Assembly: GCA_964016885.1 (NCBI GenBank)
Contig: OZ024741.1
Span: forward strand, 53,072,001-53,136,000
DNA: 64,000 bases
Reading direction: 5' to 3'
Source of the DNA: Eledone cirrhosa
Taxonomy: Eukaryota
Positions within the stretch are counted from its first letter, which is position 1. Every line of letters begins with the position of its first letter. The position numbers and the translations under genes were made by a program. Shown one piece after another: positions 1 through 13,378 of this stretch. The notes beneath the pieces were generated by a model. That model searched no databases. It saw only the letters and a list, made by a program, of their open reading frames with translations, and was not told where the DNA came from.

Positions 1-28
1 GATTGTGTTGTTATTTCTGTTTACCTTG

Positions 29-215
29 TACATACATACATACATACATACATACATACATACATACATACATACATACATACATACATACATACACACA
101 CATACACACACACACACCCCACACACCCCACCCCATACACATAAATATATATATATATATAAACGTGTATGTGTCCGTGTCTGTATGTATGCATGTATGC
201 ATGTATGCATGTATG
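29..215. repeat. (TACA)n/(CA)n/(TA)n compound microsatellite, representative of dozens of arrays across the window
   Basis: Direct tandem repeats; source of the spurious YIHT/CVCV ORFs. Confidence 0.95.
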
Positions 216-954
216 TCACACATCTGAATCTGACAAGCGATTGCAATGCTCTTAGCGTGAGTTTGCAGCCATCATTTACTTGTGTATGCATGTATGTATC
301 TATATATGTATGTAGACGTACTTGTATATATGTAGATAGGTAGGTACATATGTAGGTAAGTAGGTATATGTATATATAAATTCAGAATTTTAAGTAACGT
401 ATTTTGCAAAACGAAGCAAGGGAAGTTCTATAATCAAATACATACACAAACACACACAACCATCCACACACACACACACACACACACACAACCATCCACA
501 CACACACACACACACACTCACCTGCATACATATGCGTGGTTATATATGTGTATGTATATTGGACTCACCAGTTGTATATCGACGTAAAAGGTTTCAACTG
601 TCTTGTTTGTTTATATTTTGTGACTATGCCTTAAAAGGAATTTCAGTCCAGCTGCTGGTTTACGCATCAAGCTGCATTTAGTGAACATGACGTCGTTTTG
701 AGCAGAGCAGGATGGACGGTTTTATCGGTTCTTTCCTACTATATAAAGCGTTAAAGTAATATGTGTCTTCATTGTACTGTGTCGTTTGATTTGTTATTTT
801 TGTTTATTTTTTGTATATATATATATAATTGGTGTTGGATGCTTAAAGCGTCCGTATGCGGTAGGCCGTATGAGCACTCGATGCTCTCATAGAGCAGAGT
901 ATGATATCACGGAAAAAAAGAGAATCAGTGTTGCGACGAATGGAATTTATTGGA

Positions 955-1046
955 CATATTACAATCGTTTCTCTGGCGACCAGCTCGAGACACGATCGAT
1001 GTGATGATCGAACCTGACTCTGAAAATCGCAAGGTCCTCAGATACG
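955..1046 (-). ncRNA. Type I hammerhead ribozyme with extended stem II (family A)
   Basis: CGTAT-CTGAGGA-long stem II-GAAA-C GATT G-TA-ATATG on minus strand. Confidence 0.7.
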
Positions 1047-1100
1047 AGATACGTCTTGATTCTACGAAGCAGATTTTTCTATGTACTTGTAGAATCAAGA

Positions 1101-1192
1101 CGTATCTGAAGACCTTGCGATTTTCAGAGTCAGGTTCGATCATCACATCGATCGGGCCTCGAACTGGTCGCCAGAGAAACGATTGTAATATG
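1101..1192 (+). ncRNA. Type I hammerhead ribozyme with extended stem II (family A)
   Basis: CGTAT-CTGAAGA-stem II containing AGGTTCGATC/GATCGGGCCT-GAAA-C GATT G-TA-ATATG; GUA cleavage triplet. Confidence 0.75.
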
Positions 1193-1251
1193 TCCAATAA
1201 ATTCCATTCGTCGCAACACTGATTCTCTTTTTTTCTGTGATATATATATAT

Positions 1252-1325
1252 ATATCTTTAATATAGAAAAGGCTTCTACAGGACTAGAACTGTTTCATTC
1301 GGGAGAAATCATCTATCTATCTATC

Positions 1326-1360
<35 letters not shown>

Positions 1361-1530
1361 ATGTCCCGGATTCAGTCGTTGGTAACCACACCAAGCAAGG
1401 TACTTAACCATTAGTGGAGGTTAAACATCAAATTTAATATACAAATGATTTCTACAGGACTAGAACTGATGATTTCTTTCGAATGAAACAGTTTTGGTCC
1501 TGTACAAGCCATTTCTATATTAAAGTTGAT
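1252..1530. mobile_element. Rearranged and inverted fragments of HHR-bearing pLTR family B
   Basis: CTACAGGACTAGAACTG motif twice, then inverted CTGATGA...GAAACAG...CTGTA; homologous to 24703-24912 and 38452-38650. Confidence 0.75.
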
Positions 1531-2704
1531 ATATATATATATAAAACTGTTATTGTCTCTTGATTGAATATATCTACCAAAGTCTGAATAATAAACCGTT
1601 ACGTTTAATTACCTCAGAATGGCCAATGACCAAGAAGTTCCGTTTTACCATAGAGGCAGCTGGACACAAGCCTGGTATGTGATATTTGGTAGACGGAGAC
1701 CAGAAGATTGTCAAATGCAACAATATAGTTGTAACTCAAAGGTAGAGACTTGTCACACACATTGGAATGCTGAATAAGCTTGAGAATTACCTTAAATGTT
1801 AAATGTGTTTTAAATGTAGTCGGCTACGTCTACAGTAATGGGACGATTCGGTGATCGAACAACTGGAACAGCCAACGTCGAAACCAATAAAAACCGTATA
1901 ATTTCAATAAATTCAAAAGTGTGGGACCAGTGAGTAGAAAGTGTTGTTCTATCCACAAAGGCGACTACAATAGGTAAACAAACGAATTACACTGTGTATC
2001 CACTACACTTCCATTGCGCTTCCACTGAACTTCCACTGCACATCCACTGTGCTTCAACTGCTTACATTGATATTGCACTCTGTAGCAACGGTGATTTGCT
2101 CGGTTAGCAGTCCTGGATGGGAAACAGCGGTGTGCTCCTAAATATTGCCAAGAAAGATCTCAAACAACCGACATCTGAATGTTGTGCCTGTTTGGCGAAT
2201 CATATTAGCAATGCAAAGTGACCATCCTCCTTCCTCCATCTCTCTCCTCTACCTTCTTATATTCCTCTGTATCTGATTCAACCTCATTATTCTTAATTTT
2301 ATCATACAATTAAAATACATCTTTAGTTTTCCATCCGATTCCTAAGATCTCCAATCTCTAAACGGAACTAAGTAACATAGAAAACACTCAGTTATATGTA
2401 CACAGGCATACACACACACACACGCACACACACACACACGCACACGCACGCGCACACATACACACACACACACACTTACACATACATAGAAATAAACACG
2501 CACACACAATCGTAAATATATAATTTTGTTATATACAAAGAGAAGTTTTATAATGTAAAATTTCCAATGTTAAATATATCACTGTCCAGAAACCAATATT
2601 CTATACCATGTCTACATGTAGCAATATTCTATACCATGTCTACATGTAGCAGTATAGACGCACATAGACACATAATCTAACTTCCATCCTTCTATCGACC
2701 AACC

Positions 2705-2803
<99 letters not shown>

Positions 2804-2964
2804 ATACATATATAGGTTGATAGATAGTTACCTAGGTGGATTGTTATATACATGGGTAGTTATACAGACAAGATATAGAGAAAGATAGCTAGATAGTACG
2901 ACACATATACAAACACACACACAAACACACACACACACATACATATATGCATACATAAATACAT

Positions 2965-3009
<45 letters not shown>

Positions 3010-3054
3010 CATTTACATATATATATATATATTTACATATATATATATATTTAC

Positions 3055-3125
<71 letters not shown>

Positions 3126-3434
3126 GAGAGAGAGAGATAAAGAGAGAGAGAGGGGGAGAGAGAGAAATTGATTAGATACATATATAGATGTGAGGTAACT
3201 GTATAGATGAATACAGACAAGATAAACATACCAATATATATTAAGGGGTAGTTTACTGTACTTGAGGACGACAGGGAAACGTGCAATTCTTCAGAACCAA
3301 TATATACTGTTTGTTCTGCGATAGATTAATCCAAGACGGATTCTTAGAATCTCTACTGAGCTCATACTTCAAAGACTAAATGACTTTCACGTAGTCTGTC
3401 TATATTTTTAGCGCTTGTTCTGTTCTAGGTATCT

Positions 3435-4270
3435 GTGTGTGGTGTATGTATGTATGTGTGTATGTATATATATGTATGTATTTATGTATGTATGTATGTT
3501 TGTATGTATGTATGTTTGTATGTATATATGTTTGTATGTATGTTTGTATGTATGTATGTTTGTATGTATATATGTTTGTATGTATGTATATATGTATGTA
3601 TGTATATATGTATGTATGTATGTTTGCATGTATTTATGTTTGTTTGTATGTATATATGTATGTAAGTTTGTATGTATGTTTGTATGTATTTATGTTTGTT
3701 TGTATGTATATATGTATGTATGTATGCATGTATGTATGTATGTATGTATGTATGTATGTATGTATGTTTGTATGTATGTATGTGTGTATGTATGTATGTG
3801 TGTATGGGTGTATGTATGTATTGATGTATTATGTGTGTGTATGTATGTATCTATGTTTATTTGTAAGTACGTAAGTATGCATTTATGCGTGTTTGTGTAT
3901 GTATGTATGTATATATCTAACTGCGTGTGCATGTATGTATGTATGGATGGGTGTATGTATGCATCTAAGTGTGTATGCATGGATGTATGTGTGAATATCG
4001 TCTCTTTCTGTTGCATACGTCAATATGCGTGTTTTTGTGTGTGCGTGTTTGTGTGTGGTAGATGACATTTGTGATGAAAGTCATATATGTGACTATGTGT
4101 ATGTGCGTATGTATGATTTACGTGTGTGCTGTATACTGTGTGATGTATGTATGTCATGTGTGGTTGACATATATCATGTGTGATATACCTCATGTATATG
4201 TGTGTATATACGTGTGATATACGTATGTATATATGGTGCATGTCAGTGTTATATAATGTGTGACATGCGT
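3435..4270. repeat. Degenerate (TATG)n microsatellite
   Basis: Long imperfect tetranucleotide array. Confidence 0.95.
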
Positions 4271-4413
4271 GTATATTTTAGGTGGATGTACTGGTTCATT
4301 TGATCTATCAAAATTTCAAATATAACATATTGATTTCTAAACACATATATGTGGGAATATGTGTGTACACACGTCTGTATATGTATGATTTGAGCGTGTT
4401 ATGTCTAATATTG

Positions 4414-4602
4414 AGGGGCGGGGGATTGGCAGTATCGTTAGATGGTCGGACGCCATGCTTTCACGCATAGAGTTACGGCCCTTTCCATTCTCAGTTCAAA
4501 TCCTGCCGAGGTTAACTATCCCTTTCATCCTTACGGGGTCGATAAAATAAAGTACCAGTAATGCACTGGGTAATTGCTGGCCTTGTGCCAAAAATAGAAA
4601 CA
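4414..4602 (+). mobile_element. tRNA-derived SINE with 16-bp target site duplication
   Basis: A-box-like TGGCAGTATCGTTAG, B-box GTTCAAATCC, central CCTTTCATCC...GGTCGATAAAATAAAGTACCAG (Nin/Deu-like domain); GTTATGTCTAATATTG at 4398-4413 and 4603-4618. Confidence 0.85.
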
Positions 4603-4964
4603 GTTATGTCTAATATTGTATGCGTAGAAGAGTGTACTGATATTGTGTATTGTTTGAATGTGTCTATGTGATGTTTAGCATCCATCTGTTAATGTGTCAG
4701 TGTGTGTGTGTGTGTGTTTTCGTGGGTGTGCAGTTTTATGTCTGCTGAATGGTCCCCTCTCTCTGTTTCAACAATATATGTTCCATTTGCCCTGCTCATG
4801 AAATTATAGTGTAAGTGGCTGCACATTCCAGTGACACATGTGACCTTAATATAAGGCTTGCAGAGATTCACGGTTAAAACATGTGAAACGGGGGTCTAAT
4901 CAATCTTGTATCCAAGTGGCAGTACCCAGGAAAGCATAATATGGAAGTATTCGTAGGGCATCAG

Positions 4965-5122
4965 ACATTATTCTTTGCAGCATAGAGTTATGGTACTTTA
5001 TGTGCTGAGTTCAAATCCCGCCGAGGTCAACTTTGCCTTTCATCCTTACGAGGTCGACAGAATAAAGTACCAGTAATGCACTGGAGTAATTGCTGACCTT
5101 GTGCCAAAAGTAGAAACAATTA
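4965..5122 (+). mobile_element. SINE, same family, 5' degenerate
   Basis: GAGTTCAAATCCCGCCGAGGTCAACTTTGCCTTTCATCC...GTACCAG. Confidence 0.85.
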
Positions 5123-5835
5123 TCATGCTTTGCTAACGAAACTGTGTATGAAAAAAATATGTTGATGAACAACAATAATGATTTACATACATATATATAA
5201 ACACATACACACAAACATACAAACACATATACATACATGCATACATACATACATACATACATACATACATACATACATACATACATACATACATACATAA
5301 TACATAATACATACATACATAATACGTAATACATACATGCATACATACATAATACACACATACATACAGGATTGCTACTTGTTGTCATCAGATTGCCGCC
5401 TCAAAATCACCGCAATCATTCCTGAAAGTCTACATCCTCTCATGTGCATGTAGGTGATTTTTCAATTCACCAACAAAGAACAAGACCAAGTCCATAATGT
5501 CGGATACTGACAACACGTAGGACACATCAGCAAAGATGATAGGAAAACCGTGACTGCTTGCGCTTACACTACATCTCCTGAACTGAGGAAACTATAGGAG
5601 TGGTGGTATTTCATTGGCACAAATTCATGTGACACCACACTAGCTACAGAATAGAGCCCAATGTCTATATGTTGATAAGAATTCAGGGTCCTTACTTGAA
5701 TTGGCTTGAAAGATAGAATGGCAGATAAGAAGATTGCAAGAGAGATATCTGTAGATCAATGATTATAGTGGCAAAGACGAGTGTAGAACACGAGTGCGAC
5801 TCTCTATGTGTCAGTCATTAGTATGACTGACACAT

Positions 5836-6160
5836 AGAGATGGTTGCCAACCTTTTTCCTCTGTTGAAGGTGTTGCTTCAGTGTTACTATCCGGGTCTCA
5901 TATGATGTTAATATGGATTTTAGACCCCGGCCACCTTCCTTGCGTGAGAAGTATAGCCTATCCACATAACCATTGATGTTAAAGTTCCCAGTAATACTGA
6001 CAAGTTTGTGAGTTCTAACATCCATCTCACTTAATTCTTGCAAAGACCAGTTCAGCAGGCCAAATGTTGGCATTAGAATTGGCACAGCATAAGTATTGTG
6101 GGCAATGTATTTGTTGTACGCTGACAGTTTTGATGACCATATTTTCTTTACTCTTCTTAG
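5836..6160 (-). pseudogene. R4/Dong-like LINE RT C-terminal fragment
   Basis: Near-identical to 8237-8550 (DRLYFSRKEGGRGL). Confidence 0.85.
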
Positions 6161-6615
6161 ACAAGCCTAAACAAGATGAGCAGTAAATTGAACAGTAAAT
6201 TGGAGCTTTCAGCTCAGAGTTTCCCTCTCTTCGAAAAATGACGTAACAACAACTCAAGTGCCTTACCTTCCAATGAACCTACTGTGTACCCTGACACGAA
6301 ACAGGGGCATTTCTGAATTGCTGCGCACAGATGGGTAGTGATAATTATGACTAATGAGTCGCATTTACCCCGGTTTTGAAATCTGAATGACCTTTTTCCT
6401 ACAGAGACTGACTCCCAAGAATAATTCTGTTTACTCGGAGCAACTGTCTCTTCTCCTTGCCAGTTACAAATATCTTCACTACATACATAGATACGTTGCC
6501 CATTCATACATATACATACATATATATACATACACAAACGCACATACACATATACATATATACATACAAATACCTACATACATAGACACGCATACACATA
6601 TATATATATACATGC

Positions 6616-6682
<67 letters not shown>

Positions 6683-6683
<1 letters not shown>

Positions 6684-7402
6684 TTATGTTTCTTTTATTT
6701 GCCACCAGGGCATCAAAAGTGGGACAAGTACAATGGGGGGAGTTTACAAAACAAGGCGTCCTCAATAGGGAGGAGGCAATAACAATATATAAAAATAAAA
6801 TAAAATATAACAAAAAATAAAATTATAACAAAATCCTCAATAGAGAGGAGGCGCATTGGGGGGTCGCACACACCCCCGAAAAAAGTGTGCAACCCTTCTC
6901 CTCAGGAGCACAGAGAGGGGGTGCTCCCTCGTTCCTTCCTCTTTTCCACCTACAGGCTTATGTAAAGAGAAGGCCCATTCACACGGGCCATTCTCGCCAC
7001 TTTCACCCACCTTTCATAAAAACGACTGGGGTGGAGCACCTCTCTCTCTCCATCCTGATCCTTCTTCCGAAATGATATCGGAAGAAACGGACCAGTTGTT
7101 GGCCAGAGAGAAAGGTGCCTGACCTCAGTCCTTTCAGACGCGTCCACCATACAACTTCTTTCACCATGGCTATTACGCACAGAAACACCGCCTCTCCTTC
7201 ATCTTTGAAGGGGGGAGGCGGCTTGATCATTACAATAGACTCAGTGGTCAACCGGATCGGTCCCACCCTTGACAGCAGTTGTTCGACATAGCCCCACAGA
7301 TCGGCTACGCCCGAGCAGTGTACCAATGCGTGTGCAACGGTTTCCTCGTCGCACACGCATCTGGGACAGATCTTTTTGGCGGGGTCCCTACCCGGGCGCC
7401 CG
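6683..7402 (-). mobile_element. 3' fragment of a Tx1/L1-clade LINE
   Basis: zf-RVT-like CPRC...ETVAHALVHC; 3' UTR ends AATAAAAGAAAC next to (ATCT)n. Confidence 0.75.
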
Positions 7403-7519
7403 TGTATAGATAGATAGATAGATAAATACAAACATACACACATACATATAAGTCATAACTGTTTATCACATATTTGCCGATCATGAGATATGATGTGGTA
7501 TGAAAAGAGGAAGTGTGTG

Positions 7520-7710
7520 TGACAAAGTTTTTGATATGATTTACAGGTACAGGCCATTGGTAGGCTTCCAAAAGTGTACTTCTGCCAAATTTCATTAGGT
7601 GTGAATCGATCCGAGGCTAAGTTAAAGAAAACTTGCCCAAGAGGCCACGCAACAGGATCAAACGTGGGGCCAATTAATTGCAAAGCGCACAACTTGCCAA
7701 TTCGGCCATG
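7520..7710 (-). mobile_element. Degenerate tRNA-derived SINE
   Basis: Minus strand has CATGGCCGAATTGG...TTTGATCC...CTTGGGCAAG. Confidence 0.5.
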
Positions 7711-8002
7711 TTACATTCACGTGATGAGGAATTGAAATAAGAATACATAGCAACGATTTAAAATGTATGACATAAAGTGCCTCTGTGTGTCTCTTTGTAT
7801 GCGAAAGATAGTTTTAATCTAAGCCATGTATATAGGCGTGGGATTATGTGAATCGGTGTGATTGGGGGCGTGAGTGTGAATGTGTAAGCGCACTGATTGT
7901 AAAGATATTTCACCGCTAATTGTAAAGGATAGGTATATTTGCACACATGCATCAACACACACACACGCAAACACACATACTTATGTATGTATATATGTAT
8001 GT

Positions 8003-10790
8003 ATGTTATCTCTTTCTCTTAATTCCGAATATATTTTTTTGACCGGCCACCTTCCTGGTAGCAAGGTTGTAAAAGAAAAGAAATTGTCATCCCTTGAATC
8101 GCAAGAATGTTTTGCAAATTTTGAAGGTGCCAGCTATCGCAGCCATTTGTAGACCATGAATTAGGGAGCTGCGCTCTTTGTCCGCACATCCAAGTTCTGT
8201 CATACTTTGGTCCAAGCGGGTACTCATAAACCTGGGCAAGATGGTTGCCAACCTTTTTCCTCTGTTGAAGGTGTTACTTCAGTGTTACTATCCGGGTATC
8301 ATATGATGTTAATATGGATTTTAGACCCCGGCCACCTGCCTTGCGTGAGAAGTATAGCCTATCCACATCACCATTGATGTTAAAGTTCCCAGTAACACTG
8401 ACAAGTTTGTGAGTTCTAACATCCATCTCACTTAGTTCTTGCAATGACCAGTTCAGCAGGCCAAATGTTGCCGTTAGAATTGGCACAGCATAAGTATTGT
8501 GGGCAATGTATTTGTTGTACGCTGACAGTTCTGATGACCATATTTTCTTTACCATTCTGAGGTATTCAGTTCTGGTTCTCTCCTTATTTATGGGTCCATC
8601 ATATCTGACATTCTCATCCTGTCCAAGATATCTGTAGTTTTCACCTGACTGTAGAGGTTGTATTGTCAGCCCGTTCATCTCTAGATTTCTAGAGGAGGGC
8701 ACAGCTCTTCCACGTTTTACTGCCAAATATGCACACTTGGACTCACCAAATTTCATTTTGATGTCTGTTGAAAATTGTGTAATGAGGTCCAATTGTTTCT
8801 TGATGTCATTGATATTTGGCCCATACAACTTCAGGTCATCAACAAAGAAAAGATGGGAGATACTTCTGGACCTACCTCTTTGTCCACCTTGTTTCCTGAG
8901 TAGGTAAGATAGTGGAATTAGTGAGAGAACGAAGAGTAGCACAGACAAGCTATCACCCTGAAAGATGCCCTTCTGGTAATGTATCCTATCAGTCTTAACT
9001 TGCTGCTTCTCACCTCTAAGGATCAAATTGGTGTACCAGTTCTTGGTCAGACGTTCAACAGCAGCTACCAGTGGTTGTGGGACTTTGGCTAACTGTAAAG
9101 CCTTAACAATCCACCCATGAGGTACACTATCAAATGCTTTTTGATAGTCCAGCCACACGACAGTCATGTTTCTGCGATTCTTTGTTGTTATTTCTCGAAT
9201 CATTTTATTAGTTAGTAGGTGATCTATGAAACCCGACACCTCCCTCTTTCTACCAGCTTTCTCAGGTTTTATGATGTTGTTGGTAGCACAGTGATCCTGT
9301 AAGAATAGGTTAAGGCACCCAGTATATAATTTATACATGATGTTTTGGCAGGCTATTGGGCGGTAATTTTTAGCAAGGGTGGTTTGGCTACTTTTGGGAA
9401 TGAGGAGAGTAGTGGCAGTTGATAACCATCTGGGCAGTTCTTGTGTGCCTTTAATAGTTTCTGTAAACCACCGTTTGAGATCTTGCCGATAGAAAGTGAA
9501 ATTCTTCAACCAGTATCCTGTAATGAGGTCTGGGCCTGGTGATTTCCTATTCGACATTTTCTGTAGAGCTGTTTCCAGTATTGACCCATCTATGTCATAT
9601 TGTTTTGTCTGGACATGTTGGCAGTAGTCCTGTTCCAGTTCTTTTAGCCAATTAGTTTGTCTGTTGAATCCGTCATCCGTTTCCCAAACATGTCTCCAGT
9701 AGCTCTCAAGCTGTTCTTTTGAAGGGATTGAGATTTTGCCACCGAAGCTGCGATAAACTGATTTAGGATCTCTGGCAAACAATCTATTTAGCACATGTCG
9801 TTTATGTGCTGTTGACTTATATTTTAGTCTTTCTGTTGTAGCTGTGAGTTGTTTCAACTGGTGTAATTTGGAGTTCAAAGTTTTAAATTTTGTATCTCCA
9901 AATCGTCTCTCTAACCATTTCTTTAGGTTTTCCTGGTGTCGTGTGAAGTTGCTCTCTATGTTGCATTTAATAACGACTGCGATGTGTGAGATACTTCGTC
10001 TCAGGGACAAAATTTTGCTTTTTAAATTTCGCATCCACGCTGGTTCAGGCTTTTTGTTTGTATCTTGATTGCGTGGTTTTAGATGTGTGTTATATGACAG
10101 CAATTTGACAGCTGAAACATAACAAAATATTAAGCGTTTCAAATGTCGTTTCTACACCTTTAGATCGTATAGCCTTCAGATAATTGCCTGCTATTTCGTT
10201 CACCGCTTCCAATTCCAATTTAGTGGGTTCTTTACTGATTCTGGTGTTGTATGGTCTGTCACTCACATTAAAGCTGTGTATCTCTTGAAACGTATCCTCC
10301 CATATCACTTGTAATGTGTCCACAAGTTTTTGGTGTTCTGTTTGTACAGTAGAGTCATGAATTTCAGCCTCGTTGTTGATGTGGTGACAATTACTACTAG
10401 AGTTAGCTGACCATTCTCGCTGTTCTTCAGTGGAAGTGGGATGGATTTCAGCAAAATTGTTGGTGAGCTGTTCACTGTTAGATTTAGCTGGCCATTCTCT
10501 TTGTCTGTCAGTGGAGGTGAGGTGGTTGTCTACAAGGGCTGTATTTGTAGTATCACTCAATTCCGTTAGATGTATCAATTTTCATCTAATGATACGGTTT
10601 GCCTGTTCATTTAAATGCTTTGGAGAAAAGTCTAATTCTGGGTGTTTGGAGTTCCATAAATTTTTAGCCTTTGCATAAAACCGAACTTCTGGGGTTCAGA
10701 TTGTTTGTATGCTTCATATAATTCTTTGTTAAGCTCGTAGCTCCACTGTATACAACGGTTGTAGTTGCGATTTGGTCTAAGGAGACTTGT
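8003..10790 (-). mobile_element. R4/Dong-like non-LTR retrotransposon, internally deleted
   Basis: RT ORF plus frameshifted N-terminus; RT end is joined at ~8221 directly to the 3' end, lacking ~775 bp (the endonuclease) present at 12058-12831. Confidence 0.85.
8274..10142 (-). CDS. Reverse transcriptase of R4/Dong-like LINE (622 aa, partial)
   Basis: KSPGPD, NYRPIAC, WLDYQKAFDSVPH, GIFQGDSLS, HLFFVDDLKLY, YRYLG, GGRGL motifs. Confidence 0.92.
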   Translation of the reverse strand: MKRLIFCYVSAVKLLSYNTHLKPRNQDTNKKPEPAWMRNLKSKILSLRRSISHIAVVIKCNIESNFTRHQENLKKWLERRFGDTKFKTLNSKLHQLKQLTATTERLKYKSTAHKRHVLNRLFARDPKSVYRSFGGKISIPSKEQLESYWRHVWETDDGFNRQTNWLKELEQDYCQHVQTKQYDIDGSILETALQKMSNRKSPGPDLITGYWLKNFTFYRQDLKRWFTETIKGTQELPRWLSTATTLLIPKSSQTTLAKNYRPIACQNIMYKLYTGCLNLFLQDHCATNNIIKPEKAGRKREVSGFIDHLLTNKMIREITTKNRRNMTVVWLDYQKAFDSVPHGWIVKALQLAKVPQPLVAAVERLTKNWYTNLILRGEKQQVKTDRIHYQKGIFQGDSLSVLLFVLSLIPLSYLLRKQGGQRGRSRSISHLFFVDDLKLYGPNINDIKKQLDLITQFSTDIKMKFGESKCAYLAVKRGRAVPSSRNLEMNGLTIQPLQSGENYRYLGQDENVRYDGPINKERTRTEYLRMVKKIWSSELSAYNKYIAHNTYAVPILTATFGLLNWSLQELSEMDVRTHKLVSVTGNFNINGDVDRLYFSRKAGGRGLKSILTSYDTRIVTLK

Positions 10791-11489
10791 AAGTTTTGCC
10801 ATGATGAGTTCGTCTATTCACTAATATTTTGTATTTATTTTTCAAAATAGTCGATGATCTTCTTTAAAAGTTTCGACAAAGTTCTGTCAGAATCAAATTT
10901 AAAGTTATTCACAGCTTGGGTAATATTTCTTTTCAGTTAGTTTTTAATTCTACAACTGTGTTTTAAACGTTGTTCTTGAATCGTTGAATCGAGAACAAAA
11001 AAGAAAAACCGTTACTTAGTATATTTCTTTATGAATGTAATATAATATAACAACGCTGTATTTGTATGTTAAAGTTTATGTATCATTCATATAAATAGGT
11101 GTTCTACAACTTATTCACAACATATTCACAGTTCAAACACTTATAATTTTGTTTCTGAATCGAAAACGTTACTTGCATATTTCTTTATAAATGTAATATA
11201 ACAACGTTGCATTTATATGTTAAAGTGAATGTATCGTTCATATATCATAAGTGTATTTATCGTTCATATATCATAAGCGTATGTATCGTTCATATAAATA
11301 GGTGTTTTACAACACACTTACAGTTCAAACACTTATGTAGAATTATTATATGTAATCCTGCCGCGCAATGTAGCTCAACTTTTTCCAATATATGGTATGT
11401 TGCCTTCATGTAAGCCGTAAATACACACGTCCGATTATCGGACACTGACCACAACGGTCGCCATTGTATGTATGTATGTTTTTTTTGTA

Positions 11490-11720
11490 TGTATGTATGT
11501 ATGTATGTATGTTCTTCTGGTTTTATAATTTCACAAAGTTTTACCAATAGAGAGAGAGACGGTTTCTAACATAGACACAAGACTCTCTTATTGGAATTTA
11601 CACAACATCAACTAGGTAGATATGTAGGTATGTCTGCATGTGTAGATATGGATAGTATTGTATGTGTGGATGTGGATGTTTTGAGTTGTATGTATGCATG
11701 TGTATATTCTTTGTATCTGT
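11490..11720 (-). repeat. Dispersed repeat, second copy at ~13405-13620, with degenerate HHR-like 3' half
   Basis: Shared CTGGTTTTATAATTTCACAAA...CGGTTTCTAACATAG; GAAA-CCG...TGG-TA present but 5' core is not canonical. Confidence 0.6.
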
Positions 11721-11842
11721 ACATGAGTATATGCAGTTATTAGATGAAACATTTTTGGAATGTTTTACATATTTTTACTGTTCCATTAATGGATTGTACT
11801 TGTAATTTCCTAACTAGTTGTTGTATGTATGTATGTTTGTAT

Positions 11843-13378
11843 GTTATCTCTTTCTCTTAGTTTTGAGTATATTTTTTTGATCGGCCACCTTCCTGGTGGC
11901 AAGGTTGTAAAAGAAAAGAAATTGTCATCCTTGAATTGCAAGAATGTTTTGCAAATTTTGAAGGTGCCAGCTATCGCAGCCATTTGTAGACTATGAATTA
12001 GGGAGCTGCGCTTTTTATCCGCAAATCCAAGTTCAGTCATACTTTGGTCCAAGCGGGTTGGGATATAATCCGTAGCTCCAATAATGATGGGTATGAACCT
12101 AAAGGTGTATCTTAGATACTGGATTTGTAAACTCCTCATCAATGGTCCGTAGATGTCCTCCTTCTCCTGTATTTTTCTGACAACGTTTACATCAAGTGGG
12201 CAGCTGATCTCCACAACAGAACACGTTTTCAATGTGTGGTCCCAAACAACAATATCAGGCCGGTTGTGCTTTAATTTGGTGGCAGTTTTTATTTTCAGGT
12301 TCCACCAGTATTCCTTAGTGCCATCTGTCTCAATATATTCTTCCTCGTTTGTTGTTAATTTTGTTTTCCGAAGTGCGTTCCAGATGGTTCTAGCTATCCC
12401 ATCGTGTCTTATGGGGAGGTAGTAGCGAGATGACATTCTTTCGCAGCTGGCAACAATGTGGTTTACATCCTCGATCTTTGTTTTACATAGCCTATATTTT
12501 GTGTCAGCTGATGGCCCTCCCCTTTTGTGCGGCAGATATTTGGTAGGGAGTTCTTGTTCCTGTATTGCATAGAGATATCGCTCAAGGTGTGATGTCATAA
12601 ACTTGTCGGAACTCCATGCCAGGCTTTTTGAGTGGTTTATCCCCTCTATGGTCTGTGTTTTACGTCTCAAGTATCCATGCACAACTTTTTCTGTAAATTG
12701 GTCAATTTTTTCATCTTGTTTGAACATTGAATAGGATCTTCCGATTTCTCTAGGTGAGAGATTTATATCAGGCTTTATTCCATATCTCTCCTCCAGATCA
12801 GTGGCTATCCTAATGATATTTTTTTTTCATGCTCATAATCCTGGGCAAGATGGTTGCCAACCTTTTTCTTCTGTTGAAGGTGTTGCTTCAGTGTTACTAT
12901 CCGGGTCTCATATGTTGTTAATATGGATCTTAGACCCCGGCCACCTTCCTTGCGTGAGAAGTAGAGCCTATCCACATCACCATTGATGTTAAAGTTCCCA
13001 GTAACACTGAGAAGTTTACGAGTTCTAACATCCAACTCACTTAGTTCTTGCAATGACCAGTTCAGCAGGCCAAATGTTGGCATAGAATTGGCACAGCATA
13101 AGTATTGTGGGCAATGTATTTGTTGTACGCTGACAGTTCTGATGACCATATTTTCTTTACTCTTTTGAGGTATTCAGTTCTGGTTCTCTCCTTATTTATG
13201 GGTCCATCATATCTGATATTCTCATCCTGTCCAAGATATCTGTAGTTGTCACCTGACTGTAGAGGTTGTATTGTCAGGCCGTTCATCTCTAGATTTCTAG
13301 AGGAGGGCACAGCTCTTCCACGTTCTACTGCCAAATATGCACACTTGGACTCACCAAATTTCATTTTGATGTCTGTAT
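11843..13378 (-). mobile_element. 5'-truncated R4/Dong-like LINE: RT end plus CCHC and restriction-like endonuclease (ORF 11810-12727)
   Basis: YRLC...HIVASC...RHD, NRPDIVV, VVEIS motifs; frameshifts. Confidence 0.88.

Larger units (their letters stand above)
904..1243. repeat. Fold-back inverted repeat (~160 bp arms, ~23 nt spacer) of a pLTR-like unit
   Basis: 904-1065 is the reverse complement of 1089-1243 with a few substitutions and a 7-nt duplication. Confidence 0.9.

Noticed and set aside
1560-2260. Unique-looking sequence with minus-strand AG|GTAATT donor-like sites as possible host exons
   Set aside because: No convincing ORF or recognisable protein motif; needs RNA-seq or BLASTX
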